The translations under genes were made by a program, and so were the position numbers. A stretch of DNA of 64,000 bases, taken from the human T2T-CHM13v2.0 reference genome, Homo sapiens. The DNA is taken from assembly GCA_009914755.4 (NCBI GenBank), contig CP068257.2, positions 14,080,001 through 14,144,000 on the forward strand, given 5' to 3'. The notes under the pieces were generated by a model. The model saw nothing but the letters and a program-made list of their open reading frames with translations. It was not told the DNA's origin and did not search any database. Positions 41,557 through 56,400 of this stretch are shown here, piece by piece; the first letter of the stretch is position 1, and each line of letters starts with the position of its first letter.

Positions 41557-44500
41557 GTAAGTTTTCTTTCTTTTCTTATTATTTTAATAGAAACATACTG
41601 AAAAACTTTTCTTGGTGTAATATATTAATGTTGCTTAAGGAGAGGTAAAGAACCAAAAAAGAACTCTATTAACCTTGGTTCTTTTTAATGTAGTTGAAAG
41701 GAACATACATTATCTTTTTCAGATTATAAGGAAAAGATTTTATGTAAGTTATATAGTTTTTCATAGAGCATTTCATATAGAATTTATTGTTTTGAAATAT
41801 GGAATAGCTGCAGATATATTCATAAAAGGAAGAACTAGAATTTTTAGTGGGCACAGTTATTTTGCAGATTTTAAGTGCTGGTAGAGGCTTTAGTATTTCT
41901 TTTGAGGTTAAAGTATTATTTCTAATTACTGATAGGTTTACCATTTAATAAAATTTCCCTTCCCTTTCCCCCTGCTTCCAAATAAAGCTTTGGCAAAGAA
42001 GTTTATTATTGTGTAATGAAATTGCCTTTCATCCAAAAGAAAAAAAGAAAAGAAAACTTGGAAAAAGTGTTTTGGAGATACAAATACGTACATGTGGAAG
42101 ATTCTATGTGGGACTTAAGTTTTTCTTCATAATATGAATACTTTATACTTATGTAGCGCACAGTTTTTCAAACTATGTTCAGTTACCTTCATATCTCATT
42201 ATAGTTTAATAATTGTACTACATAAAAATAGTTACTTTTATGCCTTATGGATTTGCAAAGTTTGATTATTAACATATATTTGGAGAGAATTTCTTATTTT
42301 GTTTATAGACATTCTCAAAGTTAGGAAGCAACCAGAAAAGAGTTCGTTTACATAGATGTTTATTAATGTTTATTGATAAAATATTTTAATTTTTAGTTTT
42401 CAGGATAATCTTAGCATTTTTGCTACATAGATGATCTTGTGTCAGAGAAAACTAGAATACTCCTGTCTCACTTAGTTAATAGGTGATGGGAGAATGTTTG
42501 TAGCATATATAAGATAGACCTGTTTACTTAACGTCTAAGTTCAAGGCAAGCTGTGACTGGGCCCCCATCCACATTTCTAGCCTCATTTTCCACTGTTTTC
42601 CTCCTGTCATTCAACACTGTGATAATACAGAATGGCTTGAAGTTCTCATGTACTCAGTGGTATTTAATTTCTCTGTCTTTACATTTGCTGTTCCTTCTGT
42701 TTGAATGCACTCTGGCCTTTTCCTCCCTAGCCTAATTTGTTCTGGTCTTGAAAGATTTAGCTAAAGAGCTGCTTGCTGGAGAATGTTTTTCCTGGCCTCT
42801 AGCTAGGACCAAGTGTTTCTCCAGCATCCAGGGCATGCTTCTGTCTTAATGAATACTCTGTTATTTTGAAATTATTTGCTTGAACATTATTGGTGCTCAA
42901 AAAATGTTCACTGAGTTATGTTTGATAATATGTGCAGTAAAGCTCTTTCAAAACCAATGAAAGGGAATGAAGTTGAGAAGCTTGTTGCAAAAAGTTGAAA
43001 GAGAAGTGGTATAAAGGTCAGAAAAATGAGTACTTAATAATATTTTGGATATTTCAAAGTTCCAAGACTCGAGGGGAAAAAGAAACTAGATGGGTGATAA
43101 AAGGGAAAAGGATAATTTTGACTAAAATGCTCCTGGTTTAAGTGAAGCAAGCAGGAAATTGACTAAACAGAGATCATTGTTGTTAGTTGTGAACTCTTAA
43201 TATAGATGGTATACTTGGTGACATGACATGGTATATTTATAGAAAAGGGGAAAATTAGGATTATGTGTGTCCTGCACAAAAGAAGATATTTGCTGTGCAA
43301 AGTGAGAAAATACTGCATAAGGCAAATGGTTACACCTGTTTACGATTTTAGATAGGGAATAGTGAAAATATTATGGAGGACAAAAAAAAATTTTGAATAG
43401 GTTCCCTTAGGGAGAAGGCAGCCTAATTTCAGGAGGCACGTGTCTCATTTGCTGATAATTAAAACTTTTTTTGTGTGTTTGTGGATCTCTTGAAAAATAT
43501 TCACGAGGTAATTTTATTTTCCACTTGAAATAATGTAGAGAAATGAAGTTTCTGATGTCATCTCAACCGATTGTCATATTGAGTAAATTGCTTGCTGTTG
43601 TGGTTTCTTTATCCATAAAACACATAATACGTAATATGTATCAAGTGCTTTCCCTCTAATCAGGGTGCCAATTGAGATAGTGTGTCCATAAAGTTGGTTA
43701 GAGGTTATTGACAGCAAACAGTTGTAGGAATTTAATGTGGCAATTGTACTATGATAGTATCAAACCAGAAAAAAATTAACTGTTGGCGTAACAGTAATAC
43801 TTTTCCATTAAACATTCCTGCCAGTAGTGTCATAATGCAGTGTTACTGGTTTAAAACTGAGAAAGTGGGGAGATGTCATGCATTTCAGCAGGTATTAAAA
43901 AAATACTCTTTAAGTGACTGTGCAGTTACTGTTGAGAAGAAATGAAGTCGTGTATTTTTAATTCTTGGAAGATGTGGTAAAACATGAGGGAAGGAAAGAC
44001 AAAATAATTACAAATGGATATACATTCAAATGCAGGCCTCTATTTAAAAAAATCTACCTAACTGCTGTAGGAATGTAGAAGAATAGATCAGAGTGTGAGT
44101 TTTCAAGGGATTGTTGTAGATATAAAAACCCTTTTTGAGCACTTTCTCCATTTTGTGTGAAATACATTGTTATTTAAAGGTTGACCACAGTTTCACTTAA
44201 TTCTTTCAAATATGGCAGGGATTTTTATTTTCAGTTTTTTTCCATTCTTCTTTTTGAGGTATAAAATCTCTTAAAACCAGGGCTAAAGCAGAAACAAAGT
44301 CATGCTAACTTTAAGTGATACACTTGGTTGCAGTGCTGACAAAACGTCTGTCTTCTGAAATCGAAATCTCTAATACCAAATACATATACCTCTTTGTTGA
44401 TATTAGCTGGAATATCACTGTTTACAATGGACTGTTTCTTTTAGAAGGAATAAATTTTTTTTTTGCTGACTAGAAAAATTTAGTTTTTAAACTAATATCA

Positions 44501-45989
44501 CATGGAAGTTATATTTGGGGCATATGGAGAAATTTTTGTTTATGCATACCTGGTGTGTCAGAGGCTAAACTATATTATGTCACTGGATTTGAAAAACAAT
44601 TTGTGAGCCTTCCTTTAATATTGAAGAAGTAAATATATTTTCAATAGTTAGTAGGACAATTATATGCCTTTTTGGTGTACTTTTTACCTTTCACTTTTGA
44701 GAGAAAAAGGAGACATATCAAAGAAATCTTGTGCTCTGCATAAAAAAGAATTTAGAAGTCGTACACCTCATGTCTTTACTTGATTACATTCCATACTGTA
44801 ATTCTGTTGAATTCTGGAAAAAAGCCCAAATCATTTGTACTATAATTAGCAAACGTACTAGGTAACATTTTTTATTATTTGGACCTCTGTTCAGATCAGA
44901 TCAAATATTATAGATTGTCAAATGAGTGCCTGTTGTCCCTGGCTTAAATTGAGAATAAAATTGTTTTGGAGTTTTGCTGTCAAAAACACAAATGAAAATG
45001 AGACCAGGACACGATACCCGGTATTGAGCATTATAGGTGTGATTAATAGTCAGAGGAGAGATTCTGCCAAGTTTTTGTGTCACGGCAAACTCTGTCATAG
45101 ACATGACCATACAGCTCTTTTGCCCAATTTGAAGTCTAATAGTAATACTTTTTATTTTGTGACCATTAAATTCTTTCGAACATTTTTAAAACAGGAAAAA
45201 AACAGTATATGCTCTCCAGAACAAGATGTGCTACAATTGAGCGATCAAAAGATAAGAGGGATTTGGGTAGGTAATTTTAACACAGAAAGTAATGCCACAT
45301 ATTGACTCAAGTTTTAGAGAAATTGGTATAAGACTTGAAATGAGTGACAGGTGGTAAGACTCTTCAAAAATTTATAAGCCGTTTTTTTTTTCTTTTTTTC
45401 TAAAACACCTTGAATTTGAAAAGATGGCATAGAAAGGGAGAAAAACCTTGAGGTTCTATCCTAGAATTCTAGTTATGGCTATCTTGCTTGGCCACAGTAA
45501 TAGTGATTTAAACTGTGATAAATAGATCCAATTCTAGTGCTTTTATTCTTAGGATAATTCTCTTATGCTAAACAGTTTAGGATATTGTTAATTGAACACT
45601 GATACTTTTCCCATTGCCCAAGTAACTTCAGTTTTTCCCTAGAAATTTCTAATATGTAAAACGATTTTTGATGACTCACAGAAAGTCAAGATGAAGCCTA
45701 AAAACTGAGATGCTAAATGGTGTGAAAATTAGTTCCAACTGATGGGTGCAATTAGGAGCTTCAGATTGATTAGATGCATTTTATTAGATATGAACTGTAG
45801 AATGACTTGTATAACTTGATGAATTTTCTTTAGTTTTGGGTTAGAATGATAGCCATGGTCTTTGTACTTTTGTTGACTAACATGGGAGATTAATTTTACT
45901 TTTTTTCACAATAAAAATTGAAAAACATAGTAGAATTAATGACAAAACTCTGGAATGACTCCCTTACTACTTACTCATTTTCCTTGCTT

Positions 45990-46260
45990 ACCACTGCTGC
46001 CACTGTGATTTTAGCAGCTATTATTAAAAACAGAACTAGACCATTTAAAGCTGAGCTGTTCAATATAGTTGCCACTAGTCACACATGGCAATTAAAATGA
46101 AATAATATTGAAATTCAGTTTCTCAGTTGCACTTTAAATGTTTAATTCTGGTGGCTACCAGATCAGTGCACATAATGCTACATTTCCATTATCACAGAAA
46201 GTTCTAATTTACAACACTCTTTTAAGAGAATCTGAGTTTAACAGTGAGAATATTGAAAGA
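45990..46260 (+). repeat. Fragment of a MER-type nonautonomous DNA-transposon-like repeat (motif ...gttgccactagtcacacatggcaattaaaatgaaat...ttcagtttctcagttgcac...catttccattatcacagaaagttct...).
   Basis: Resembles a palindromic dispersed-repeat consensus I recognise but cannot name with confidence. Confidence 0.3.
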
Positions 46261-46630
46261 ATAGGAACATCTGAAGGAAGCTGAAAGCAAGGGAAAATGG
46301 GAGAGTGGAGTGGGAAACAATTTATATTGTTTATGTCTTCTGGCTTTTAAGATTCTTGCAACATGATACCTTACTATGCTGTCTGCCCTTTCACTTGAAA
46401 AAATTTTGAATATATAAAAGATATGTTCTCATCTTCTAATTAGTGCCATTATGAAGATGACTCACCAGTTTTTATCTCTATTCTGTATTTCTTTAACAAA
46501 TATTTATTGTCTAATATGTAGCAAGTACTTTTATAGACCATTAAGAAAGCATGCAGAGCCTCAGTTTACATAGAGGAAAGACAGTACACAGTAAACAAAC
46601 AGTATCAGATAGTAATAAGTCGTTCATGAA

Positions 46631-46840
46631 GAACAGTAGACCTGGATATAGACAAAGAAGTGATGGGGGTGTGCTTGTGGGCTGGGCATAGGATAATATG
46701 TGATTTTAGGTAGTGTGGAAGAGCTCATATTTGAGGAACAGTAGACCTGGACATAGACAAACAAGTGATGGGGGTGTGCTTGTGGGCTGGGCATAGGATA
46801 ATATGTGATTTTAGGTAGTGTGGAAGAGCTCGTATTTGTA
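46631..46840 (+). repeat. Near-identical tandem duplication, 105-bp unit x2 (gaacagtagacctggaYatagacaaaSaagtgatgggggtgtgcttgtgggctgggcataggataatatgtgattttaggtagtgtggaagagctcRtatttg...).
   Basis: Two contiguous copies differing at a handful of positions; explains the internally repetitive 109-aa ORF called on the minus strand. Confidence 0.9.
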
Positions 46841-48226
46841 CAGATACCTGAGCGAAGTGTGAGCATGAACTTTTGGCTCTCTGAAGGTTGTGCGTCCCAG
46901 ACCAGGGCCTGATGGGGCAGTGTGCTGGCCCTCGAGATGAATAGTGAGGACACAGCCTTGTTGAAGCTGAATGAGCGAGGGTAGGAATGGCAGTATTCTC
47001 GTTTCTGATCTCTTGCTGCACATCCTGATGTTCATATTTGCCTTTCTTTCTTAAGGGTATTTCCATTCTTCTGGTGGTCCAGGGTATTTTTTTTTTCTTT
47101 TTTTTTCCTTTTAATAGCTCTTCTGTCAATCTCCCAAAACAACCATTTGGTTTGCAGATCTGTCAGTTTTTGTATGTAGACTTTTCCCTTCAGTTACTCC
47201 TGCCCTGCTACATATTCTTATTGCAACGCTTCTCAAACTCTTCACTACCCAGTTTTTTTCTGTCTTGCACTCCCTTGCTTAGAAATCTTTGCTGACAGTA
47301 AATATAAACTTGGCTTATTTTTTTTAAAAAAAGTATTTCCTCTTGGTTTAGCCTGTGTAGATAAGGAAAAACAATGGAAGAACTCTTTTTTTCTTCTGAA
47401 TTCAAAATATTTACATATATAATAGTTCAGCTAGATTATGGGCCAACTAGGCTTTTGTGAACTTACTTAGAAACCTGAGGTTCAAGTAAGATTCACTTAC
47501 ATAATTCACGTTCCTATTTAATATAATATTTTCATGGGAAAGTGAATTATGAGTTATAAACAATGCATATATTTTGTTTGAAGTCTAGTTCATTGATAAG
47601 TTGATGACTAGCATATATTTTGGAGTTAGCAGAGAAATGTTTGGTAGTTGGTGTATAAGTTTTACTCATGGTATTCCTTTGTAAGTGAAAGATTTAGTAG
47701 GATGAGTATCACGTTTTGATATATATTTCTCACTTTACAGGAAAAATGTTTTAATTTGGACTCTCATAAAAATGTAGATTACTGCTTAGATGCATTTGTA
47801 ACATGATTTTATACAGTGGCACCCAGCTAACTGTTCCCATGTGTGTGCTGTTGAATTGTATTCACGCTAATACTAGAGGGAGAGTTGGTTAAAAATAATG
47901 TTTTTAGTGTTTTACCAAGGTCTTGCCTTGACACAGATATGAGAATATTAATAATGCTCTGGCATTGAGATGGAAGTTTTACAAAGGCTAATTTTCTGTA
48001 ACTGACTTTTACCAGTTAGAAGTTGTTTATAGCCAAAGTTATTCTGTTTCTTTTGTAAGCATGTGAGAATATCTGAGCGCTAGTTTTTATTATAAATTGA
48101 TAATTCGTTACATGTTTTACACAAATCATTATTCCACTAAGTCCAGAAAAAGAATAAATTGGGTTTAACCAGTCTGTTGAAATAACATTTTATTTTCTTT
48201 TACTGGTCTTAAAATCATGTGAATTT

Positions 48227-48340
48227 GGTATGTGAGGTATCTTTCAGGATTGCATTTGATATGTGAGGCATCTTTCAGGATTGTATGTGTGGACCGTATG
48301 TGAGGGATCTTTCAGGATTCAGCTATCTTTCAGGATTGTC
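48227..48340 (+). repeat. Minisatellite, ~33-bp unit (tatgtgaggYatctttcaggattg...) x3-4.
   Basis: Read directly. Confidence 0.8.
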
Positions 48341-51154
48341 ATATTGTTCTAAAATACCCTGTGAAAAGAAGCAGTTTTATGGATTAATAGGAAGATCATG
48401 GAAGAAAATTGTTACAATTACAATGAAATTAAAATAATAAGTAAACCTCCTCCATTGCTTAAAGGAAAAAGTCCCAGCTTTTCAGTTAAGGATTGTTAGT
48501 CTCTGGTCTCAACCAACTTTTCCAGCATTAAGGACTACTATTCCTCTATACCAGGGATTGGAGGCTCAAATTCCCAGCTGGGGTACAGGTGTGCCTATAT
48601 GCTGAACCCTCCGCTATTGGAGATGCCTGGAGTGGCTGGAGCCATTTAATATGGTCGTTCTAGCCACAAGCAGCTTTATCCTTTTACACCCATGTGAGGT
48701 ACAAGATATGCGAGGATGCAAGGGCAAGGAAGGTAATGTGAATGTGTGTGGCTGGCCAAGTTGGGGGCGGGGGCAAAATGAAGAGTGAATATTCTATCTA
48801 AAGAGAGCTGCTACTACTACTTTTATTACACTCTGGCTTTGTCACAATGATTATTGCCATGCAGGAATCGTGTAACCAGGTCTTCTGGTTTTTTTTTTTC
48901 CTCCCAGAGCGTGAGGGAAGTAATACCTATTATTGTACACATACAATCTCCTAATCTTTATCTTTTGCCAGTTATTTCAAAAAATTTTGAATGACATTGT
49001 AAAAACCAAAGAAAACCATTTTCAATTATGATTTGTTTCATAAAAAACATGTCTAAGAACATGGAGTAGATGGTGATTCTTGTTATTTTTGCTCTCAGGA
49101 CCCCTTTACACTCATAAAAATTATTGAGAACCTCAGAGCTTTTGGGTACATAAAATTTACTATTTTAGAAATTAAAACGGAGAAAAGCTTAGGCTATTAG
49201 TTCATATTAAAATGTCAGTCTATTATGTTTGAATAACATATTTTATGAAAAACACATTTGCTGAAACAAAATGGTTAGAAGATTACGTTGCTTTACATTG
49301 TTGCAAGTCTTGAATGTCTGCCATATTAGAGGAGAACTAGAGTCTCCAATGTGCTTCTGAAGGTTTGCATTCTATTGCAATAAGTTGTTTTGGTTGAAGT
49401 TTGTGAAGAAAATCTGGCTTTACCCAGATAATAATTTAGAAAAGGGAGGAGTATTTTAACTGATAATCAGATAATAATGGATATTCTTTTTAATGCTATA
49501 CCCAAACTTAACAGATGGTAATTTCTTAAAGATTAGTTGCAATGTGGAATTCGAAATCACATCAGTTATTCTATGGTGGTATCAACAACCTTTTCATGTT
49601 ATGTTGCATTAAAATCCATTAGTGTTTCTTGCTTTTTGGATGGATCTTTTACCCATGCATGAGTTTGTAACACTGTGCATTGGTAATTTGAAAAGATTTC
49701 TTTTTAAATGCTTGAAGAATGTCTACTATAAGAAAAAGTTGAATTTGTTAATATCACCACTCATATACAAGCCTTTAAGTATTGAGAAGATATCAAGCTC
49801 ACAGTGGTAGAAACAAGTTTTTCAAAGTTTAGATTTTTGCTTGAAAATTCCATATTAATCATTGTCAACAGATACATTTGTTTTCCTTAAAGCAACAGGC
49901 TCACTTTTTTTTTTCCAGACAACATCTGCCAAATACTGAAGTCTGAATAATTCTAGTTTGTAGTTTGTTAGTTTTTCTTTTAAATAAAAATTGCATTCCA
50001 TGGGAAAAATCAGTTTAGCTTGTAACTCATTTTACACTAGTTGTTAGCAACAGCATACTCTGGATATATCGCAGAAGTACTTTATGTGTACTTCTTATGT
50101 TAGAATTAAACATAAATCAAGGTTTGAGGTTTAATAAAATTAGGTTTAATCTTTTCGCCAAGAACATAATTCTAAAAGAAACTGGCTTGGCTTCTGTTTA
50201 AAACAGTGAGTGTGTATATTTGTGACTAATACAATGAATTATGCAACTTGGTGCTGCTGCCTTGATTTGTGCTAAGATGCAGCAGTTTTATTCAATATCG
50301 TTTTGCATCATTGGTGCAAATGTGGCTACAGTACAAAAGGCAAATAATATCTGAGTAGTATTATTTTTTTATTTAAGGACTTTCCTCCCTTTTTTCAAAG
50401 GGGCCCTGGGGACCCCAAGGATCAATGGACCATATTTGAAGAACTGCTAGTAAGGCAGAAAGACCACTGGATTTAAGAGTTAGAAGACTTAAATTTTGAA
50501 GCCTGTGCACCATTCTCGCGTCTTATGATGTGCTTCATTTCTCAGAATTTCAGTGATTTCATTTATAAAATATATTTGGGGAAAAAACATCTTGTTTTTT
50601 GCTTTTTTGTTGCTTGAATTACAATTGATGAATTAGGAAAAGCTGTAAGTGTAAGTTGTTGCTATTTTTAAATTAGTTTCGGCTATAGCCCATTTGTTTT
50701 ACTTGTCAGTCATGATACAGTAAACATTCTAGAAATTTTCAAATAAGGAATTTAATACAGGGGATTAGGTTCTTTAAAAAATCACTGGAAGGACTGGAGG
50801 AAAGCTCTAGCTCAGACTTCTGAAATGACTCCCACATCATTGCAGGACTGACCAGTCAGGGAAGCGACCAGTCAGGGAAGCGGCTACTTCTGTCACAATT
50901 AGGAAAGCGGCCTCTTGGACTACTGAGTTCAAGAACATACTTCTATAGCTGCAGCCCAGGAAACAGGAAGCCAGGATTAGGTACTGCCTCTGAGCTATGC
51001 CTGGAAATTGGAATGCAAAGTCTAGTTGCCGCTTATATTCCATCTCTTGACATTCTTAAAGCTGGAAATTGGAGCCTGGAATACTGTGGAACAACTTAAA
51101 TCTTTTCAATCAAGCTAGAGAAAACAGCCAAAGGCAACAGGATAATGGTTGCCA

Positions 51155-51172
51155 CCCCCCCCCCCCCCCCCC
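51155..51172 (+). repeat. Poly-C homopolymer, 18 C, followed by gcccccgc.
   Basis: Read directly. Confidence 0.9.
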
Positions 51173-52089
51173 GCCCCCGCTGCACTCTGCCTTCCATGTC
51201 TCGTGTTAGTGCATTCTAATGGATGAGGCCTAAGTTTCATCCAAAACCCTAACTGCCAGTGAATAAGGAAGATAGTTTTTCTGTTTTTTTTTATGTTTAG
51301 TTTCTATAATTGAAGAAAGTAAACTTAAGAGAACGAGTTAATGGAATCTGACCGCTAATTAATCACACACCTAAACCCTGTTTTTCTGCTTCTCTGTGAT
51401 TTTCAAATTTTTTCCACTTTTCATTATCCTTTCTCTACTTAGACCTAAGTTCTAGCCATTTTAATAACCAAGATAGCTTTCATTTTTATGAGGCATTCCA
51501 TACCTTTTTAATCCTCACTGCTTCATCAGTGTTTATGAATGTTCAGTTCTGGGTTACACTCATCTTCAGCTGTGGTCTGGGTGGACTTGGATTTTGTAAC
51601 CAGACTTGTAAAACCTTTGGCCTGCTGTTGCCTGTAAAGTGATTCACCATTTCAATTACTATGCTATATAAATCTTTCACATTTTACTTGCCTGTATTTT
51701 TGGGGGGCCCTACTTAATACACTTTTGTGAGGTTTTATTATACTCTCTAAAGACATTAAAAAAAACACCACCACTTCCTTCCATGATCAGGTATTCTTTC
51801 TCATATTTTAAATCTTCTTACAAGCTACTATTTGGAGAACGTGTGGATAAAAATAGAAGTAGACTCTGGAAAATATCAATATACATTACTTTTTTTCATT
51901 AAATATATAATATGCTTTTCTAGTATTTATGTAAAACCTTATAGCCATATGGTAAAATAAAGCCACCTTATCCTCCCCATCCTCTATCCTGTTTGTTTTT
52001 TTTTTCCTCTTCTAAAATTGTATGATTACAAAGAAAATATTTTTAACATGTCTAAAATACACCAACCTGGGCAAGACGCAAAACCTTGT

Positions 52090-52262
52090 ATCTACAAAAA
52101 ATTAAAAAGAAAATTAGCCAAGTGGTGCATGCCTGTAGTCCTAGCTACTCTGGAGGTTGGGGCGGGAGGATCACTGGAGCTCAGGAGTTTGAGATTGCAG
52201 TGAGCTGTGATCATGCCACTGCCCTCTAGCCTGGGTGACACAGTGAGACACTGTCTCTAAAA
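52090..52262 (+). mobile_element. Partial Alu (A-rich linker plus right arm and A-rich tail), sense.
   Basis: ...aaaaaattaaaaagaaaattagccaagtggtgcatgcctgtagtcctagctactctggaggttggggcgggaggatcactggagctcaggagtttgagattgcagtgagctgtgatcatgccactgccctctagcctgggtgacacagtgagacactgtctctaaaaaataaaat. Confidence 0.7.
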
Positions 52263-53321
52263 AATAAAATTTAAAATAAGCAAATAACTAAAATGAAGGC
52301 AAAACGTGTCCAAAATACAAATAAGCATAATCCCAACCATGCAAAGATAATAACAGATAGTTTCTCTTTCTGATCATATTATTTTGTAACCTGTTACCAC
52401 TTCCCTACTTAGCAATATACCATGGTTTCTATCACTGTTGAAATGATAATGGGAGTATTTATCATTGGCATCATCTGGGTTAGGGAAATTGACCAATATA
52501 TATTGGGAAATTGGATTAAAAGTCATTTTTATTGAAGGCGGTATTAGTTGTAACCTTTTTTGGAAAAAGAATTAATACTTAATAGCATCAAGGCTATTTT
52601 TTATTAGAAGAGGGCTTGTTTCATTCACTTGTATATTTCATTTTTGTGAAATGAGAATCTTGTTTTAAATTAAAAGGACTGCATATTTATTAAGCAATTC
52701 AGATTGTATAGAAGTATTTAAATAGAAAGTGAAAGATTCTTATACTTCTTCCTCCTATAACTCCTTTCCTCAGAGTTAACCACTGTTAATAGTTTGGCAC
52801 ATTCTTTCAGAATTTAAAAAATGTATGTGTAAATGTACATCTCTGGTTAGTTTCTGAAACATCAGTTTTTAAGAGTTCACTGTTAATTATTGTAATTTGA
52901 TAATGTCTAGATGGTAGTAGTATGGACAGAATTTAATACGTATGTAATCGGGTTAACTTCAGAAAGCAGAAATGTCAATGTTTAATTGTATTGATTTCAA
53001 TTTTTGTTGATAAACCATTCTCAGCAGTCTTTCTGCTTATTAGCTTTTAATAAGAGACCTCATAGTAAATACAGAGATTCTTCTACAGTGAAATATATTT
53101 CTGCTTACTGCTTTAGGTATATTTTATCAAAAAAATCATTGAGTTACTGAGTATGACCAGTTAAAAATATGTTTGCATTTATTTTTAGATAGGCTTTTAG
53201 AAATACAAAATTAGTTGGTACTGACTGGTTTAAAGAGTATATTGGATATAAAATCTCCATAATAAAAATCCTTTCATTTTGTTTTACTTTTAATTTTGAG
53301 AAAGATAGTTTTGCTTTTCAG

Positions 53322-53445
53322 ATGTGATTGATCTCACTGGAGATGATAAAGATGATCTTCAGAGAGCAATTGCCTTGAGTTTGGCCGAATCAAACAGGGC
53401 ATTCAGGGAGACTGGAATAACTGATGAGGAACAAGCCATTAGCAG
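53322..53445 (+). CDS. USP25: USP25 coding exon 4 (124 nt, (N)[40 protein letters not shown] plus AG of Arg); encodes the SUMO-interacting motif (VIDLT) and first ubiquitin-interacting motif of USP25.
   Basis: Acceptor gcttttcAG|ATGTG, donor AG|GTAAAA at 53446; phase consistent with exon 3; the SIM and UIM assignment is established knowledge for USP25, not derived from the sequence. Confidence 0.85.
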
Positions 53446-56400
53446 GTAAAAACATAATTTGTATAAAGCAGATATAAGTACTTTTAAAAATAGAAATCAT
53501 TAATTGGGTTAAATTAATTTTAAGAGGTAATAAGATATACTTTGTTACTCTAAACTAGTAATATGCTTGTGTATTTTTAAATTTTATGTAACCAAAATCT
53601 TCATATTTAGTTTTGATTGCAATTGGGTTTAGATTTTTAAGATTTTGGGATGGTGTTATGAGGGATTACATTTAGGTGCATATTTTAATATTTCTTTCAT
53701 TTTTTTTCTTCCCCTAATCTTTTTTGGATGCACTGTCCAATTTGCAACAATTTATAGCAAGGGTCAGCATCCTTTTTCTGTAAAGGGCTAATAGTAAATA
53801 TTTTTGGCTTTGTTGGCTATAGGGTTTCTGTTATAGCTATTCAGCTCTGGTGTCATAACGCAAAAGCAGCTATAGCTGATAAATAATATAATGAGCTTGG
53901 CTGTATCCTAATAAATCTTGATTTACAAAGGCAGCCAGTTGGTTTTGTCCTCTCGGCTGTGGTTTGCTGACTTCTGATCTATAGCATGATAATATGTTTA
54001 TATATATTGTTCAAATAAATGGGCAGGGCTCCAAGATGTGTGCTAGAATGCAGTTTTTCATTTAATAACCAAAACTTTGTAGTTTGAAACAGTTTGATTC
54101 ATCTAAGGACTAAAAAATACATTTGGTTTTCATAATACCTCTAAAAATGGAGATATAATAATTTAATAAGCCATAAAGTTGTAACTAACTGTAATCCTCT
54201 AAACAACTATTTGAAGGCAGTGGTAACTCTATGTTACTGAAGAAGAAATTTACTTGCAAGAGGTTAAATGTGCTTTTTCCAAAGGCACACAGCTCAGATG
54301 CATCTTAAGACTTAAATGTTCTTTTCCTTTAACATAGTCCTTTGGTAACAGAATGTACCAAATTTCTCAGGTAATTTTTCTTGGCACAATATCAATAGGA
54401 GATTTCTTTCCAAATAATCAGAGATTACTATATGGTAGGAAATGTTTCAAAATGCTATGTTTAGCAAAGGCATATAATTTTTTATCTTAGTGCGACTTTT
54501 TAATGTCTTTAAATGTTACTTTGGAAACTACTTTGTAAGACATTATATTATGTAAAGACTTAATTAAACTCTATTGTCCCCCTCATTAGTTGTGGCTAAT
54601 ATTTATTGCCAGGAACTTTAAATGAAAACCAAAAAATACGTAGTTAGGCTTATTTTCTGAAGCATTTGAGAAATTATATGAATTGGGCTTTTTCTTTTTA
54701 AAACGTGTATTGCAATGCATAATTGTCTTGAATAATTATGAAACAACAATACTTAAACTTTGAGAAATATTTTAAATACAAAACACATGAGTTGGATTTC
54801 ATATGTAAGGGGCATGGTTTTATGTGAAAAGGGTTATAAAAAGAATGTATACTTGATACAAATATTATTTTTAAAATTATATTTTTGTTTATATGAATTT
54901 ATATGAGTATATGAATATAAAATATATGTGAGCTTATATACCCAATTAGTATCAGTCGTTCTATTATGTGTTTTCTAATTAAAACAACAGGTACTAATTA
55001 TATAATAAAAGTAAGGTAATATAAAAAGGGATGAAGGCTGTTCCTAATTTGATATTCAGTTCAATGTATATGTTATATTATTGTTTTGGATAGTTGTTTT
55101 TATCCAAAATGGCAAAAGAAAATCTCTTCAGATAATGCTGTTTTTTCATTCTAGGTCTTTTACATTTTAATATAATTTAAAAATAGTAAATATTTGGTAG
55201 ATATTATTATTGTAGATGACATAGAGATTCGGCATAATGTAACATGCCATAAAGCTATGCTCCCTAGAAGTAAAAGAGTCATATTAATTATGTGTAAATT
55301 CAATAACCCGCAATGAGCAAATGGGTGTTCAATGCAAAATATGCATTTAATAAACTTATATGTAAATCATATTGTATTAGGAAAAGAGGATGTGGAGAGT
55401 TCTAGCTAAACATTATCAGAGATATATTTGCTCATATGGGTTTATTAAGGTATAGAACTCTAAATTCAAAAGAGAAAATGATGCATTTTAAAGGAAGACA
55501 TTTATATATTATGCTTAAAAGTAAATTAACTCCTTCTTCATTACTGAAGTTGATATAGGGAAAATCTTTGCAAATAAAATTCCAGAATCATTTGCTTATT
55601 ATATTTTAGTAGACATAATTTAATGTGAAGTTACACATTAGGATACTACATTGTGTGTAATTTGATGAGATAAAGCCTGTCTTTTTACGTCTTAGAATCC
55701 TGTGTTTAGGCATTTATACGTTTCATGCTAAAATTTTTTAAGTAGAACGTTTTTAAAGTATTTCTTTATACACTTTTTAGTGTCAGAATTGGGTGTATTT
55801 ATTATCTCTTGATTATCACTGCCAGGACACAAGTGGAGTATGGACAGTTGAAATTTGTTAATAAACTACATTGTGACTGGTTTGTGTCTATGGCATATTT
55901 CTTGTGAAAATGGCTTGCCTCATGAAATAACTTTGAAGTGCCTCATTAGAAGATAGTGCTAAGTTTTCTAGCTAAAATTGTTACAAAGAGCACGCACCTT
56001 CAACAATTTCAAGAAGTAGTAGACTACAGATTCTTTTTTTCCTCATTACTTCTGTGTTTCAACTAGTTATTTCTTGTTATCTTCAGCCTGGAGTTGCCAT
56101 TGGGGAAAGAAAGAAGGATCATGTCCAGGAATAGTCAGGGTGGAATTCTGAATTATTAAAATAGGTCTGTATAACTCCTACATTTTTTATCCTTATCATT
56201 ACTGAGGAAGCAGCTGTGAAGGGGAACTGTCTAAAGATGGTGTGTGAAACAGGAGTGGATGAGGGAGGCAGAGTTAGAAATCTTTTAAAATTGATCTTTG
56301 AGGAGGATTTCGGTGCTCAATAATTCCAGATACTTGTGGATGCTAAGGAGCATGGAAGGGCCATCGAATAACCATCAAACCATTTAAGGTGTGTTATGTC

